From assembly GCA_028277945.1 (NCBI GenBank), contig JANQFH010000068.1, positions 272,400 through 336,399 of the forward strand: a stretch of DNA of 64,000 nt, written 5' to 3'. The notes below the pieces were generated by a model. The model saw only the letters and a list, made by a program, of their open reading frames with translations, was not told where the DNA came from and searched no databases. The position numbers and the translations under genes were made by a program. Position 1 is the first letter of the stretch. Each line of letters starts with the position of its first letter. This document shows, one piece after another, positions 30,357-40,929 of the stretch. This DNA is from Oligoflexia bacterium. Its GTDB lineage: Bacteria > Bdellovibrionota_G > JANQFH01.

Positions 30357-32078
30357 CTATTGCAAATACCAGTCTTCTGCTGCTTGCGCTGAATCAAACT
30401 GGTGTCCGGTGATGCGAAATCCCTTGAGGTTCGCAGGGATCACCGCCAACTGTGCCCGGTAGTAAAGCGGTATCACTGGCAGGTTCTTGGTGTACTCTTG
30501 TTGTACGATCTTCATGAGCGCTTTGCGTTTGCTAGGGTCGAATTCCGTGCGCACCTTGTCGAATGCGGCATCTGTGGCACGGTTGCGATAGCCAGAGAAG
30601 TTTTGGCCAGAATAGCCGTTTTCTTTGGTGGGAATAGATTTCGAGTGCAGTATAGAATCGGGCAGATTGCCAGGGCTGGAGATGTTGGCGTACATGGCCA
30701 TGGCTGGGAATTTTCTCTTTGTTAGGGTCTCGCCAAGAAAGACTCGCGGAGGTTCATTTTTGAGCTTGATCTCAATGCCAACTTTTTTCCATTCATTTTG
30801 TAAAAAGACTTGCACCAGCTCACGCGTCTTGTTCTCAGCCGTGGTCATCAAGGTCAGCGATAGGGGCTGGCCAGCCTTTTCGCGCATCTTATTCTTCCCG
30901 AGTTTCCATCCGGCTGCATCCAGGAGCTGGGCCGCCTTTTTGGGATCGTAGGGGTACTTCATGACATCACTAGTATAGTAAGGGTCAAGGGGATGGGTGT
31001 TGTGCATAGCCACGGGTTGTTTGCCGGCAAAGAGAGCCTGGACTAGTTTTTCGCGGTCCACAGCGTAAACCAAGGCACGACGCACACGGATGTCCTTGAG
31101 AATGGGATTGTTTAGGTTCAAGTCTATGTGCTCATAGACCATGCCTTGGCGGTATTTAATTTGGAAACGGTTCTGCAGTTTGCGATCTTTCTCTATGCGC
31201 TTTTCAAGCGCCAAGGCTTGGTCGAATGTTATGCCTAGCTCGCCCACCATATCTATGGTTCCCGAGAGGAGGTTGGCCTCAAGTGCCTGGGTATTGCGGA
31301 TGATCCTGACGATAATCTTGTCAATCTTTGCAGGCTTGCCGTAGAAGTAGGGGTTGCGCTCAAGCACGACGTGGCTGCCGAGTTTGACCTCTTTTATTAC
31401 ATAGGGGCCGTGATAGAGACCTGGGTTGGTGGGGTTACTGCTGTAGGCCGTTTGTTTTTCATAGGCGCCCAAACTGTTTTTGGTCTTCTCCCAAATCGGT
31501 CGTTCAATGTGGTTGGGAAGCAGATAGAAGGTAGCAAATTCATAGTAATCATAGCGTGGTCGATCATAGACGATCGTAAACTTCTTCGGGTTTTTTGGAT
31601 CAATGATGAACGCTTCAACCTGCTCATACTGCTCCTTTTCACCGGTAACCACGTTGGCAGATTTACCAACCTCCCAAGCAAGCTGCATATCGTAGGCAGT
31701 TACCGGAGTGCCATCGCCCCAACGGGCGTCCTTGATAATTTCCCACTGGGCGACCAACTTTTTCTCTCCCTTTTTCTCAACAATCTTCACCAGGCCGTTG
31801 TCAAAGCTAGGCATGACCTTGCATAGATGGCAGTGCCACTGCCAATCGGCGTTGATTGATGTGAGAGTACGGCCTGCCAAGTCATAGATGTAGAGGGCAG
31901 CAGCTGTCTGTGCAATCGTTGCATTGAGCGTCTCAAACTCCGAAGAGATACCTATGGTCAGCTGTTTGTTAGTTGGCAGTGCCCAGCTCGTTTTGCTGCT
32001 CCAGCCAAGCATCAGGAAAGGCATTACAATCAATAGTGTAAAACGAGCGACCTGAAATTTTTCTCGAACAGTTCGCAT
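30357..32078 (-). CDS. ABC transporter substrate-binding protein, family 5 (peptide/nickel/opine type), paralog 1 of 7
   Basis: 573 aa with a signal peptide. Shares with the six paralogs the blocks 'LPTNKQLTIG', 'ADWQWxCxLC', 'WGDGTPVT', 'NPTNPGLY', 'NPHYYGKKPKI', 'IPNTQALEANLLSGTIDM' and 'ITGHQF'. Confidence 0.85.
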   Translation of the reverse strand: MRTVREKFQVARFTLLIVMPFLMLGWSSKTSWALPTNKQLTIGISSEFETLNATIAQTAAALYIYDLAGRTLTSINADWQWHCHLCKVMPSFDNGLVKIVEKKGEKKLVAQWEIIKDARWGDGTPVTAYDMQLAWEVGKSANVVTGEKEQYEQVEAFIIDPKNPKKFTIVYDRPRYDYYEFATFYLLPNHIERPIWEKTKNSLGAYEKQTAYSSNPTNPGLYHGPYVIKEVKLGSHVVLERNPYFYGKPAKIDKIIVRIIRNTQALEANLLSGTIDMVGELGITFDQALALEKRIEKDRKLQNRFQIKYRQGMVYEHIDLNLNNPILKDIRVRRALVYAVDREKLVQALFAGKQPVAMHNTHPLDPYYTSDVMKYPYDPKKAAQLLDAAGWKLGKNKMREKAGQPLSLTLMTTAENKTRELVQVFLQNEWKKVGIEIKLKNEPPRVFLGETLTKRKFPAMAMYANISSPGNLPDSILHSKSIPTKENGYSGQNFSGYRNRATDAAFDKVRTEFDPSKRKALMKIVQQEYTKNLPVIPLYYRAQLAVIPANLKGFRITGHQFDSAQAAEDWYLQ

Positions 32079-32090
32079 GATCCTATTACC

Positions 32091-33797
32091 TCACTTTAGA
32101 TACCAGTTTTCGCTAGAAAAGGGTGACATAAACTGATGTCCGGTAATGCGATAGCCACGCAGGTTTGTTGGCGCAACACCCACAGCCACTCTAAAGTATA
32201 GCGGGATGACCGGCACATTGTTGCTGTATTCCTGTTGGACGATTTTCATCAGTTCTTTACGCTTGTCAAAGTTAAACTCCGCAAGCACGCCATCGAGCGC
32301 AGCATCGCTTGCAGCGCTAACGTAGCCACCATAGTTTTGGCCTGAGTAGCCGTTTTCCTTAGTGGGAATCTCTGAAGAACGCAGCGTTGAGGTGGGAATG
32401 CTCTCTGGACTCATCATCCAGGCATACATGATCATGTGCGGAAAATTCGCCTTACGCACGGTTTCATTGAAAAAGACTCGTGCTGGTTCGTTCTTAATGC
32501 TGACATCAATACCCACCTTCTTCCACTCGTTTTGCAGAAAGACCTGGACGATTTCACGACTCTTGTGTCCTGCTGTGGTCATGATGGTTAGGGACAAGGG
32601 TTTGCCATCTTTTTCGCGAATGCCCTGCTTGCCCATCTTCCAGCCAGCCTCCTCGAGAAGTTGAGCGGCTTTTTTTGGATCATAAGGATAGGTGGTGACA
32701 TCGTCGGTATAGTTGGGATCCAGGGGATGAATCGTATGTAAAGCTTTGGCATGTTTACCGGCAAACAGCGCCTTGACCATCTTGTCACGATCCACCGCGT
32801 GCACCAATGCCCGGCGCATGCGGAGGTCTTTGAGTATGGGGTTGCGCAGGTTGAGATCGATGTGTTCATAGATCATGCCCTGGCGATATTGGACGACAAA
32901 GCGTTTTTTGAGTTTTGGATCTTTTTGAATCCGCTTTTCAATGGCTTGGCCAATATCAAAGCCAAGGCCAATTTCCGCGATCATATCAATGGTGCCAGAG
33001 AAGAGGTTGGCCTCTAAGGTTTGTGTGTTGGGAATGACTTTAAAGATGATCTTTTCAATCTTGGGCTTGTTGCCATAAAAATGGGGATTACGCTTAAGCA
33101 CAACATGGCTGCCGAACTTCACTTCAGTTAGGCGGTAGGGGCCGTGATAAAGTCCTGGGTTGGTTGGCTGAGTAGCGTAGGCGCTCTGCTTTTCGTAGGC
33201 TCCAGGGCTTTCTTTTGTCTTTTGCCAAATTGGCGCTTCAATATGGTGTGGCAGGAGGTAGAAGGTGCCTAGATGGTAGTAGTTAAACCGCGGCTCTTTG
33301 TAGATGGTGATAAACTTCTTGGGATTTTTTGGATCAATGATAACGCGTTCAATCTGCTCATAGATGTCCTTCTCCGGCACAACAACGTTGGGAGATTTAC
33401 CAATCTCCCAGGCGAGCTTAAAGTCGTGCCCCGTTACCGGCGTGCCATCACCCCACTTCGCCCCTGCCTTGATCTGCCATCTCACCTCCAGTTTTTTCTG
33501 CCCCTTTTCTTCAATAATCTTAACCAGACCGTTTTTAAAGGTGGGAAACTCGGTGCAGAGCCAACAGGCCCACTGCCAGTCGGCATTCATTGAGGTCAGG
33601 GTACGGCCGAGAAAGCCGTATATATAGTAGTAGACAGCAGACTGTGAGATGAGGATGTTGAGTGCGTCAAACTCTTGTATGATGCCTATGGTGAGCTGTT
33701 TGTTGGTCGGTTGGGCGGTACTTCTGTGCGGTAGTGCCGTAGCCATGAGAGAGAAGAGCACAACCACCAACAAAGATCTCTGAAACCATGAACGCAT
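32091..33797 (-). CDS. ABC transporter substrate-binding protein, family 5, paralog 2 of 7
   Basis: The ORF track extends to 33875. Met27 at 33797 ('MRSWFQRSLLVVVLFSLMATALPHRSTAQPTNKQ') gives a proper signal peptide and a 10-nt gap to the permease gene. Confidence 0.8.
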   Translation of the reverse strand: MRSWFQRSLLVVVLFSLMATALPHRSTAQPTNKQLTIGIIQEFDALNILISQSAVYYYIYGFLGRTLTSMNADWQWACWLCTEFPTFKNGLVKIIEEKGQKKLEVRWQIKAGAKWGDGTPVTGHDFKLAWEIGKSPNVVVPEKDIYEQIERVIIDPKNPKKFITIYKEPRFNYYHLGTFYLLPHHIEAPIWQKTKESPGAYEKQSAYATQPTNPGLYHGPYRLTEVKFGSHVVLKRNPHFYGNKPKIEKIIFKVIPNTQTLEANLFSGTIDMIAEIGLGFDIGQAIEKRIQKDPKLKKRFVVQYRQGMIYEHIDLNLRNPILKDLRMRRALVHAVDRDKMVKALFAGKHAKALHTIHPLDPNYTDDVTTYPYDPKKAAQLLEEAGWKMGKQGIREKDGKPLSLTIMTTAGHKSREIVQVFLQNEWKKVGIDVSIKNEPARVFFNETVRKANFPHMIMYAWMMSPESIPTSTLRSSEIPTKENGYSGQNYGGYVSAASDAALDGVLAEFNFDKRKELMKIVQQEYSNNVPVIPLYFRVAVGVAPTNLRGYRITGHQFMSPFSSENWYLK

Positions 33798-33807
33798 ACT
33801 TACACTC

Positions 33808-34761
33808 CTAACGTCGGATGGCTTTGGGGTCCAGGGCATCCTGCAAACCATCGCCAAGAAAGTTAAAGCTGACAACCACTAAGAAGATCAAAAAGCCAGG
33901 GATAATCACCTGTGATGGGGCGTTGTAGATCACCTCGAGGGCATTGTTGAGCATATTGCCCCAAGACGGTGTTGGCGGTTGGATACCTAGACCCAAAAAG
34001 CTCAGTGCCGCTTCAAAGAGAATGGCCTGGCCGACATTGAGGGTGACCGAGACGATTACCGGGGAGAGAACATTGGGTAACATCTCTCGTACGATAATAC
34101 CAAAAGAGCTCTCACCGCTGATCTTTGCCGAGAGAATGAACTCCTGCTCGCGGATGGCAAGCACCGCACTGCGCACCAGGCGTGCCTGCACCATCCAGGA
34201 GAAGACGATGAAAATGAGAATCATTTTGATGACACTAGAATCCTCGCCCTTAAGAAGCTCTGATAACAGGGGCAGTTTGCTAATATCGATGGCTGCCAAG
34301 ATAATCAGAATCGGCAGAATCGGCAGGGCTAGTAGGGAATCGGTTAGCCGCATGAGCGCATGGTCGATAAAGCCACCATAGTAACCAGCCACCGTACCGA
34401 CGACAATGCCAATCAACATCGAGGCTCCAGCGGAGACAAACGCCACCATCAATGAGATGCGGGTACCATAGACCAAGCGGATGAAGACATCGCGTCCAGC
34501 CTCGTCGATTCCTAGCCAGTTCTCCCGGCTCCAAGGACCGTAGCGGCTGAGGATGTCTTGAGCGCTGGGATCAAGTCCGGTCATCTGGGCGATGAGATCT
34601 GCTCCGATTGCAACTAGACAGAAAAATCCGATGATAAAGAGACCAACCAGTGCCAGGCGGTGTTCCATAAAGCGTCCCAGAACAATCTGAAACATGCTCT
34701 GGACGTGGCCACTGGGTTGTTCAAAATCGTCGTTCTCAAAGGTTTTTGTTGAGGTCGCCAT
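33808..34761 (-). CDS. ABC transporter permease (OppC/DppC type)
   Basis: 317 aa. N-terminal TM segment, then a polytopic body with the binding-protein-dependent permease motif region ('...LGLGIQPPTPSWGNML...'). Confidence 0.85.
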   Translation of the reverse strand: MATSTKTFENDDFEQPSGHVQSMFQIVLGRFMEHRLALVGLFIIGFFCLVAIGADLIAQMTGLDPSAQDILSRYGPWSRENWLGIDEAGRDVFIRLVYGTRISLMVAFVSAGASMLIGIVVGTVAGYYGGFIDHALMRLTDSLLALPILPILIILAAIDISKLPLLSELLKGEDSSVIKMILIFIVFSWMVQARLVRSAVLAIREQEFILSAKISGESSFGIIVREMLPNVLSPVIVSVTLNVGQAILFEAALSFLGLGIQPPTPSWGNMLNNALEVIYNAPSQVIIPGFLIFLVVVSFNFLGDGLQDALDPKAIRR

Positions 34762-34778
34762 TTTGTACTCTGCGATCG

Positions 34779-35753
34779 CTATTTAAAAGAAATCCGTGGG
34801 TCTAGATAAGCGTAACAGATGTCTGCCACCAGGTTCATTACTAACACCATGCATGCCGTGATGATGAAGCTACACATGGCGACGTTAAAGTCGTTGCCGA
34901 TGATCGAATCAAACATCAGCTTACCCACCCCTTGGTAAGAGAAGACCGTCTCAGTAATCACCGCACCCGAGGCAATGCGCGGAAACTCCAAGGCGACCAC
35001 GGTAACCACAGGCAGTAGGGCGTTACGCAGGCCGTGTCGGGTTACTACATGGTGCCACGCCAAACCCTTGGCACGCGCGGTACGGATAAAGTCGAGCCGC
35101 ATGGTCTCCAACATGGAGGCACGCGTGTAGCGTATCCAACCGGCAATGGTGAGCGAGGCCAATGTAGCTGTGGGTAGCACCAGGTACTTGGCACGGTCTA
35201 AGAGGTAGGCCCACGTGCCCTGGGTTGCCTCCACGCCAATGGTCTCCACTCCACCAGCAGGAAGCCACTTGAAGAAAACGCTAAAGACGATGATGAGCAT
35301 TAGCCCTAACCAAAAAGAGGGAGCTGAAATGCCTGAGAAGGCAAAGAAGTTGACGATGTAATCAAATTTAGAGTTGGCTTTTAGGCTGGTGAGCACGCCA
35401 ATGGGAATGGCGATAAGCAACGATACGAGGATAACCGTGGCACCGAGGATCATGGTGTTGAGAAGTCGCGGTAGCAGAATGGTCGTCACGGGCTGGCGGT
35501 AGGTGCGCGAGTAACCCAAGTCTCCCTGTACAAAGGCAAATATCCATTTGCCATAGCGCTCATAAATTGGCCTATCGAGTCCTAGCTGTTTTTTCATCAG
35601 ATCTAGATTCTCTGGGGTGCAACGCGGATTGGCGGCACAGGCAATATCGAGCGGATCACCAGGCATCAAGCCCATGAGGCCGTAAGTGATGAAAGAGAGC
35701 GCAAAGAGCACAATCACCGTTTGCAGGAGCCGTCTGATAATATAGGCAGTCAT
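34779..35753 (-). CDS. ABC transporter permease (OppB/DppB type)
   Basis: 324 aa. 'MTAYIIRRLLQTVIVLFALSFITYGLM' N-terminus and EAA-like loop 'YIRTARAKGL', typical of DppB/OppB. Confidence 0.85.
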   Translation of the reverse strand: MTAYIIRRLLQTVIVLFALSFITYGLMGLMPGDPLDIACAANPRCTPENLDLMKKQLGLDRPIYERYGKWIFAFVQGDLGYSRTYRQPVTTILLPRLLNTMILGATVILVSLLIAIPIGVLTSLKANSKFDYIVNFFAFSGISAPSFWLGLMLIIVFSVFFKWLPAGGVETIGVEATQGTWAYLLDRAKYLVLPTATLASLTIAGWIRYTRASMLETMRLDFIRTARAKGLAWHHVVTRHGLRNALLPVVTVVALEFPRIASGAVITETVFSYQGVGKLMFDSIIGNDFNVAMCSFIITACMVLVMNLVADICYAYLDPRISFK

Positions 35754-35754
35754 C

Positions 35755-37452
35755 TTATTTCAGTGCCCATTTATCTGCCGAGAGGGTGGAAAAAAACTGA
35801 TGCCCAGTGATGCGAAAACCCGTTAAGTTGACAGGTACTACCGCAATTTGTGCTCTAAAGTAGAGCGGGATGGTCGGCAGCTCCTTGGTGACCTCCTGCT
35901 GGACGATCTTCATCAGTTTTTTTCGTTTGTTGAAGTCGAGCTCTAAAACAATATCGTCAAAAGCCGCATCGACCTTCTTGTTGACAAAGCCCATGACGTT
36001 TTGACCTGAAAAGCCGTTTTCTTTTCTGGGGATGGAGATCGATTGCAGGATAGATTCAGGGACATTGCCGGGGCTAGAAATATGGGCATACATCGCCATG
36101 GCGGGGTATTTTGCCTTACGTATGGTTTCACCGAAGAAAGTGCGCGACGGCTGATTCTTGATGGCAATGTCCACCCCGACCTTCTGCCATTCATGCTGCA
36201 AGAAGACCTCGACCAACTCACGCGTCTTATCTCCAGCCGTGCTCATAAAACTGAGCAGCAGCGGTTTGCCATCTCTTTCGCGCACACCGTTCTTACCAAC
36301 TTTCCATCCGGCTGCGTCGAGGAGTTCAGCCGCCTTTCTCGGATCGTAAGGGTATTTCGTGACCTCATCCGTAAAGTAGGGATCCAGAGGATGGGTTCTG
36401 TGAGACGCTGCTTGCTGTTTGCCCTCAAAAAGGGCCTCTACGAGTTTGTTGCGGTCAATGCTATAGGTTAGCGCCCGACGGACTCTACGGTCTTGAAGAA
36501 CGGGGTTACGCAGATTAAAATCAATGTGTTCAAAGATTGTACCTTGGCGGTAACTAACACGAAAGCGCTTTTTCAATTCGGGGTCCTTTTCAATGCGCTT
36601 TTCTAGCGCGAGCGCCTGATCAAATTTAATGCCGATCTCACTGATCATATCAATGGTGCCAGCAAGCAAATTGGCTTCCAATGCCTGGGTATTGGGGATG
36701 ATTTTAAAAATCAACTTCTCAATCTTGGGCTTGCGACCATAGTAGTGTGGGTTGCGCACCAGGATGACATGGCTTCCTGCTTTGGCCTCCCTGACCATGT
36801 AGGGTCCCATGGAGAGTCCGGGGTTGGTGGGGTTTGTGCTGTAGGCGGTCTGTTTTTCATACGCCCCCAAGCTGTTCTTGCTCTTCTCCCAGATCGGCCC
36901 TTCAATGTGACTGGGCAATAGGTGGAAAGTGCCTATTTGATAATAGTCGTAACGAACCTTGTGGTATTTCGTTGTAAACCGCTTTGGGTTTTTTGGGTCT
37001 ATGGTAAAGCTCTCGATCTGCTCAAAAACATCTTTAAGACCGACTATGACGTTTTTCGACTTACCCACCTCCCAGGCGAGCTTCATGTCATAAGCGGTGA
37101 CCGGTGTGCCATCACCCCAAGTTGCTTTAGGGTGGATCTCCCACTGCACCAGCAGCTTTTTCTTGCCGTCTTCTTCGATGGCCTTGGCTAGACCATTGTC
37201 TATGGTTGGCAGCTTGGTGCAGAGCCAGCACTGCCATTGCCAGTCTGAATTAATTTCAGTGAGGCCATGCGTAAACAAATAGTAAATGTAGAAGCCACCG
37301 GAATTCTGCGAGATGAGGGGGTTGAGACTGTCGTACTCCTGGGTGATTCCGATAGTTAGCTGCTTGTTGGTTGGCAAGGCATGCGCTAACGGCACCTTCC
37401 ATGCCATACTCAGCAATAATATTAGACTGAAAACGCTTTTGAGTTGTTGCAT
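35755..37452 (-). CDS. ABC transporter substrate-binding protein, family 5, paralog 3 of 7
   Basis: 565 aa with a signal peptide and the same conserved blocks as paralogs 1-2. Separated by 2 nt from the permease gene. Confidence 0.85.
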   Translation of the reverse strand: MQQLKSVFSLILLLSMAWKVPLAHALPTNKQLTIGITQEYDSLNPLISQNSGGFYIYYLFTHGLTEINSDWQWQCWLCTKLPTIDNGLAKAIEEDGKKKLLVQWEIHPKATWGDGTPVTAYDMKLAWEVGKSKNVIVGLKDVFEQIESFTIDPKNPKRFTTKYHKVRYDYYQIGTFHLLPSHIEGPIWEKSKNSLGAYEKQTAYSTNPTNPGLSMGPYMVREAKAGSHVILVRNPHYYGRKPKIEKLIFKIIPNTQALEANLLAGTIDMISEIGIKFDQALALEKRIEKDPELKKRFRVSYRQGTIFEHIDFNLRNPVLQDRRVRRALTYSIDRNKLVEALFEGKQQAASHRTHPLDPYFTDEVTKYPYDPRKAAELLDAAGWKVGKNGVRERDGKPLLLSFMSTAGDKTRELVEVFLQHEWQKVGVDIAIKNQPSRTFFGETIRKAKYPAMAMYAHISSPGNVPESILQSISIPRKENGFSGQNVMGFVNKKVDAAFDDIVLELDFNKRKKLMKIVQQEVTKELPTIPLYFRAQIAVVPVNLTGFRITGHQFFSTLSADKWALK

Positions 37453-37461
37453 AGCAAACCT

Positions 37462-39168
37462 CTATTTCAAATGCCACGAATCTGCTGACATGGTCGAGTA
37501 ATACTGATGCCCAGTGATACGAAATCCCCGCAGGTTTGTGGGGATAACAGCGATCTCCGCACGATTATACAGCGGAATCACCGGCACCTCTTTGACATAC
37601 TCCTGCTGTATGATCTTCATAAGCTTCTTGCGTTGGTTAAAGTCAAATTCCACAAAGATTTGATCCAGAGCCTGGTCTGTTTTGGCGTTAGTGTAGCCGG
37701 TGAAATTAAGACCGCTAAAGCCATTTGCCTTGGTGGGAATTTGCGATGAATGCAAATTTTGCTTTGGCGGTTGGTCAGGGCTAGAGACCCAGGCAAACAT
37801 CGCCATAGCGGGAAAGTTACGCTTTCTTGCTGTTTCACTGAAAAAGACGCGAGCTGGTTCATTTTTGATCTTAATGTCAAAACCCACCTTGCGCCACTCG
37901 TTTTGCAAAAACACCTCAACCAGTTCACGGGTTTTATCACCAGCTGTAGTCATGATGGTCAGTGAGAGGGGTTTGCCCGCTTTCTCGCGCACGCCTTGCT
38001 TGTTTAGCTTCCAGCCGGCTGCCTCAAGCAGCTTGCCGGCCTTTTGCGGATTGTAGGGGTACTTCATAACATCCTCTGTATAGTAGGGATCAAGAGGATG
38101 CACCGAATGCAGCGCCTTTTGCTGCTTACCCTCAAAGAGCGCCTGTACCAACTTATCGCGATCTATGGCGTACATGAGCGCACGCCGTACTCGTATATCC
38201 TTGAGAATCGGATTGCTTAGATTGAGGTCAATGTGTTCGTAGAGCGTGGCACGTCGGTACTTTACGGCAAACCTCTCCTTGAGCTTGGGATCACCCATGA
38301 GCCGCTTTTCAAAGGAGAGTGCCTGATCCAAAGTCATGCCGAGCTCACACGCCATATCAATGGTTCCTGAGAGCAGGTTGGCTTCGAGAGCCTGGGTATT
38401 GTGGATGAGCTTAAAGACAATCTGTTGGATGGCGGGCTTCTTACCGTAGTAGTGTGGGTTGGGTGTCATGACGATGTGGCTGCCGACCTTGATCTCTTTA
38501 ATTAGGTAAGGACCAGAGTAGAGACCAGGATGCGTTGGGTTGGTGACATAGATAGTCTGCTTTTCATAGGCGCCCTGCTTGTCCTTGGTCTTTTCCCACA
38601 CCTTGGCTTCAAGATGGTGTGGGACCAAGCGAAAACGTCCTAGTTGGTAGTAGTCGTAGCGGTGTTGTTTGTATATGGTGGTGAACTGTTTGGGGTCTTT
38701 GTTGTTGACAGTAACCTTTTCAAAACGTTGGTAGTAGTCTTTCTCGGCGACCATGACATGCGGAGAGCGGCCAATCTCCCAGGCGAGTTTAAAATCATAA
38801 CCAGTCACCGGCTTACCATCACCCCATTTGGCATCTGGTTTGATTTTCCAGTCGACCTGTAGTTTTTTCTTGCCATCTATTTCTATAAACTTGGCCATGC
38901 CGTTTTCAAAGGTGGGCAGTTCGGTGCACAGCCAGCAGCCCCACTGCCAATCGGCGTCGATGGTCGTTAGTGGATGGTCGACCAGATTAGAGATGTAGGC
39001 GGTTGCGGCCATCTCATGGATAATGGGATTGAGGGTTTCAAACTCCTGGACAATGCCAATGACGAGCTCGCGGTTACTTGGGGCCGCAGCAAGTTGTTGC
39101 AACCACATCACTGCTGCAAGAAAGAGCAGTAATGCAGTAAAACCAGATTTATATAAGCGTTGTTTCAT
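37462..39168 (-). CDS. ABC transporter substrate-binding protein, family 5, paralog 4 of 7
   Basis: 568 aa with a signal peptide and the same conserved blocks ('APSNRELVIG', 'WQWGCWLCTELPTF'). Confidence 0.85.
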   Translation of the reverse strand: MKQRLYKSGFTALLLFLAAVMWLQQLAAAPSNRELVIGIVQEFETLNPIIHEMAATAYISNLVDHPLTTIDADWQWGCWLCTELPTFENGMAKFIEIDGKKKLQVDWKIKPDAKWGDGKPVTGYDFKLAWEIGRSPHVMVAEKDYYQRFEKVTVNNKDPKQFTTIYKQHRYDYYQLGRFRLVPHHLEAKVWEKTKDKQGAYEKQTIYVTNPTHPGLYSGPYLIKEIKVGSHIVMTPNPHYYGKKPAIQQIVFKLIHNTQALEANLLSGTIDMACELGMTLDQALSFEKRLMGDPKLKERFAVKYRRATLYEHIDLNLSNPILKDIRVRRALMYAIDRDKLVQALFEGKQQKALHSVHPLDPYYTEDVMKYPYNPQKAGKLLEAAGWKLNKQGVREKAGKPLSLTIMTTAGDKTRELVEVFLQNEWRKVGFDIKIKNEPARVFFSETARKRNFPAMAMFAWVSSPDQPPKQNLHSSQIPTKANGFSGLNFTGYTNAKTDQALDQIFVEFDFNQRKKLMKIIQQEYVKEVPVIPLYNRAEIAVIPTNLRGFRITGHQYYSTMSADSWHLK

Positions 39169-39219
39169 GATTTAGACCTCCCGTTACTCAAAATATCCCT
39201 TTTATTCCAAATACCCCCA

Positions 39220-40929
39220 TTACTCTAAATACCATTGATCTGCTGACTGGGTTGAATAAAACTGATGTCCGCTGATACGAAAGCCACGCAGGTTTGTTGG
39301 CACCACGACCACTTCAGAGCGGTTGTATAAAGGTATGACCGGCACCTCCTTGGCATACTCCTGCTGGACGATCTTCATCAACTGCTTGCGCTTTTGAAAA
39401 TCAAACTCTCTTAGGACCTTATCTAGAGCAGTGTCGTTTCTAACATTGGCAAAACCGGTGTAGTTTTGTCCGGAATAACCGTTGTCGACTGTTGGTATCT
39501 CTTTAGAGTGGGTTGTCGATATAGGCGGTACATCCGGACTAGCGATCCAGGCAAACAGTACCATGGCTGGGAACTTTCGTTGTGGCAGGGTGACACCAAA
39601 TAAGACCCGCGCCGGCTCGTTTTTAATGGTAATGTCAACTGCCACTCGCTTCCATTCGTTTTGCAGAAAAACCTGCACCAGCTCGCGGGTCTTATTGCCG
39701 GCTGTGGTCATAAGGTTTAGGGAGAGCTTTTTACCGTCCTTTTGCCGTATGCCATCCTCGCCCATCTTCCAGCCTGCTTGATCAAGGAGCTTGGCTGCTC
39801 TTTTAGGGTCAAAACGGTACTGCCTGACATCATCCGTATAATAGGGATCCAGAGGGTGGATGTTGTGGAGCGCCTTCTTCTGCATGCCCTGAAAAAGCGC
39901 TTGTACGAGTTTATCGCGATCGATAGCGTGTACCAGAGCTCGGCGCACACGGATGTCTTTTAGAATTGGATTGTTCATGTTGAGATCAATGTGCTCGTAG
40001 ATGGTTCCCTGCCGGTAGAGCACTTTATAGCGCTTTTTTAGCTTTGGATCTTGGGCAAGCCGTTTTTCAAAGGCCAAGCCTTGATCAAACTGCAGGCCGT
40101 TTTCATTGATCATATCCACCGTGCCAGAGAGCAAGTTGGCCTCAAGTGTTTGCGTGTTGGGAATGATTTTAACAATGATCTTTTCGATTTTTGCTGTGTT
40201 GCCATAGTAATGCGGGTTGCGTTCGAGAATAATATGGCTGCCAGCCTTGACTCCTTTAGCGACATAGGGTCCACAGTAGAGCCCAGGGTTGGTTGGGTTG
40301 GTGTTGTAGTGGGTCTGTTTCTCGTAAGCTCCCTGGCTTGCTTTTGTTTTTTCCCAAATCGGTCCCTCTAGGTGGTGTGGTGTTAGATAAAAGGTTCCTA
40401 ACTGGTAGTAGCTGTAACGCGGCTCCTTATAGATTGTCCTGAATTTCTTAGGATTTTTTGCATCAATATGAAAGCTCTCGATCTGCTCATACTGGTCTTT
40501 CTCTCCCGCTAGAACATTGGGAGACCTGCCGATTTCCCAGGCGAGTTTCATATCGTAGCCGGTCACAGGCTTGCCGTCTCCCCAGCTGGCTTTGGCTTTG
40601 ATCTGCCAGTCGACCTGCAATTTCTTTTTGCCATCTTGCTCAATGATCTTGACTAAGCCATTTTCAAAGGTGGGCAGCTCCTTACAGAGCCAGCAGGCCC
40701 ACTGCCAATCAGCGTTAATGGCAGTAAGGGTGTGCGTGAGCAGTCCATCCAGATAAGCGCGTGCCGAAGAATTGGAGATGTTAGGGTTTAATGTATCAAA
40801 CTCTTGGGCTGTGGCGATGGTCAACTGCTTGTTGCTGGGCAGTGCAATTGCTGGCCTTGTCATCGGCACGGATGTAACAAGTACTACACCCAGTAGGAGA
40901 ATCTGCTTTACGAAACCAGCCTTTGTCAT
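39220..40929 (-). CDS. ABC transporter substrate-binding protein, family 5, paralog 5 of 7
   Basis: The ORF track start is 40941. Met5 (40929) gives a 4-nt overlap with the upstream paralog. Signal peptide and conserved blocks are present. Confidence 0.8.
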   Translation of the reverse strand: MTKAGFVKQILLLGVVLVTSVPMTRPAIALPSNKQLTIATAQEFDTLNPNISNSSARAYLDGLLTHTLTAINADWQWACWLCKELPTFENGLVKIIEQDGKKKLQVDWQIKAKASWGDGKPVTGYDMKLAWEIGRSPNVLAGEKDQYEQIESFHIDAKNPKKFRTIYKEPRYSYYQLGTFYLTPHHLEGPIWEKTKASQGAYEKQTHYNTNPTNPGLYCGPYVAKGVKAGSHIILERNPHYYGNTAKIEKIIVKIIPNTQTLEANLLSGTVDMINENGLQFDQGLAFEKRLAQDPKLKKRYKVLYRQGTIYEHIDLNMNNPILKDIRVRRALVHAIDRDKLVQALFQGMQKKALHNIHPLDPYYTDDVRQYRFDPKRAAKLLDQAGWKMGEDGIRQKDGKKLSLNLMTTAGNKTRELVQVFLQNEWKRVAVDITIKNEPARVLFGVTLPQRKFPAMVLFAWIASPDVPPISTTHSKEIPTVDNGYSGQNYTGFANVRNDTALDKVLREFDFQKRKQLMKIVQQEYAKEVPVIPLYNRSEVVVVPTNLRGFRISGHQFYSTQSADQWYLE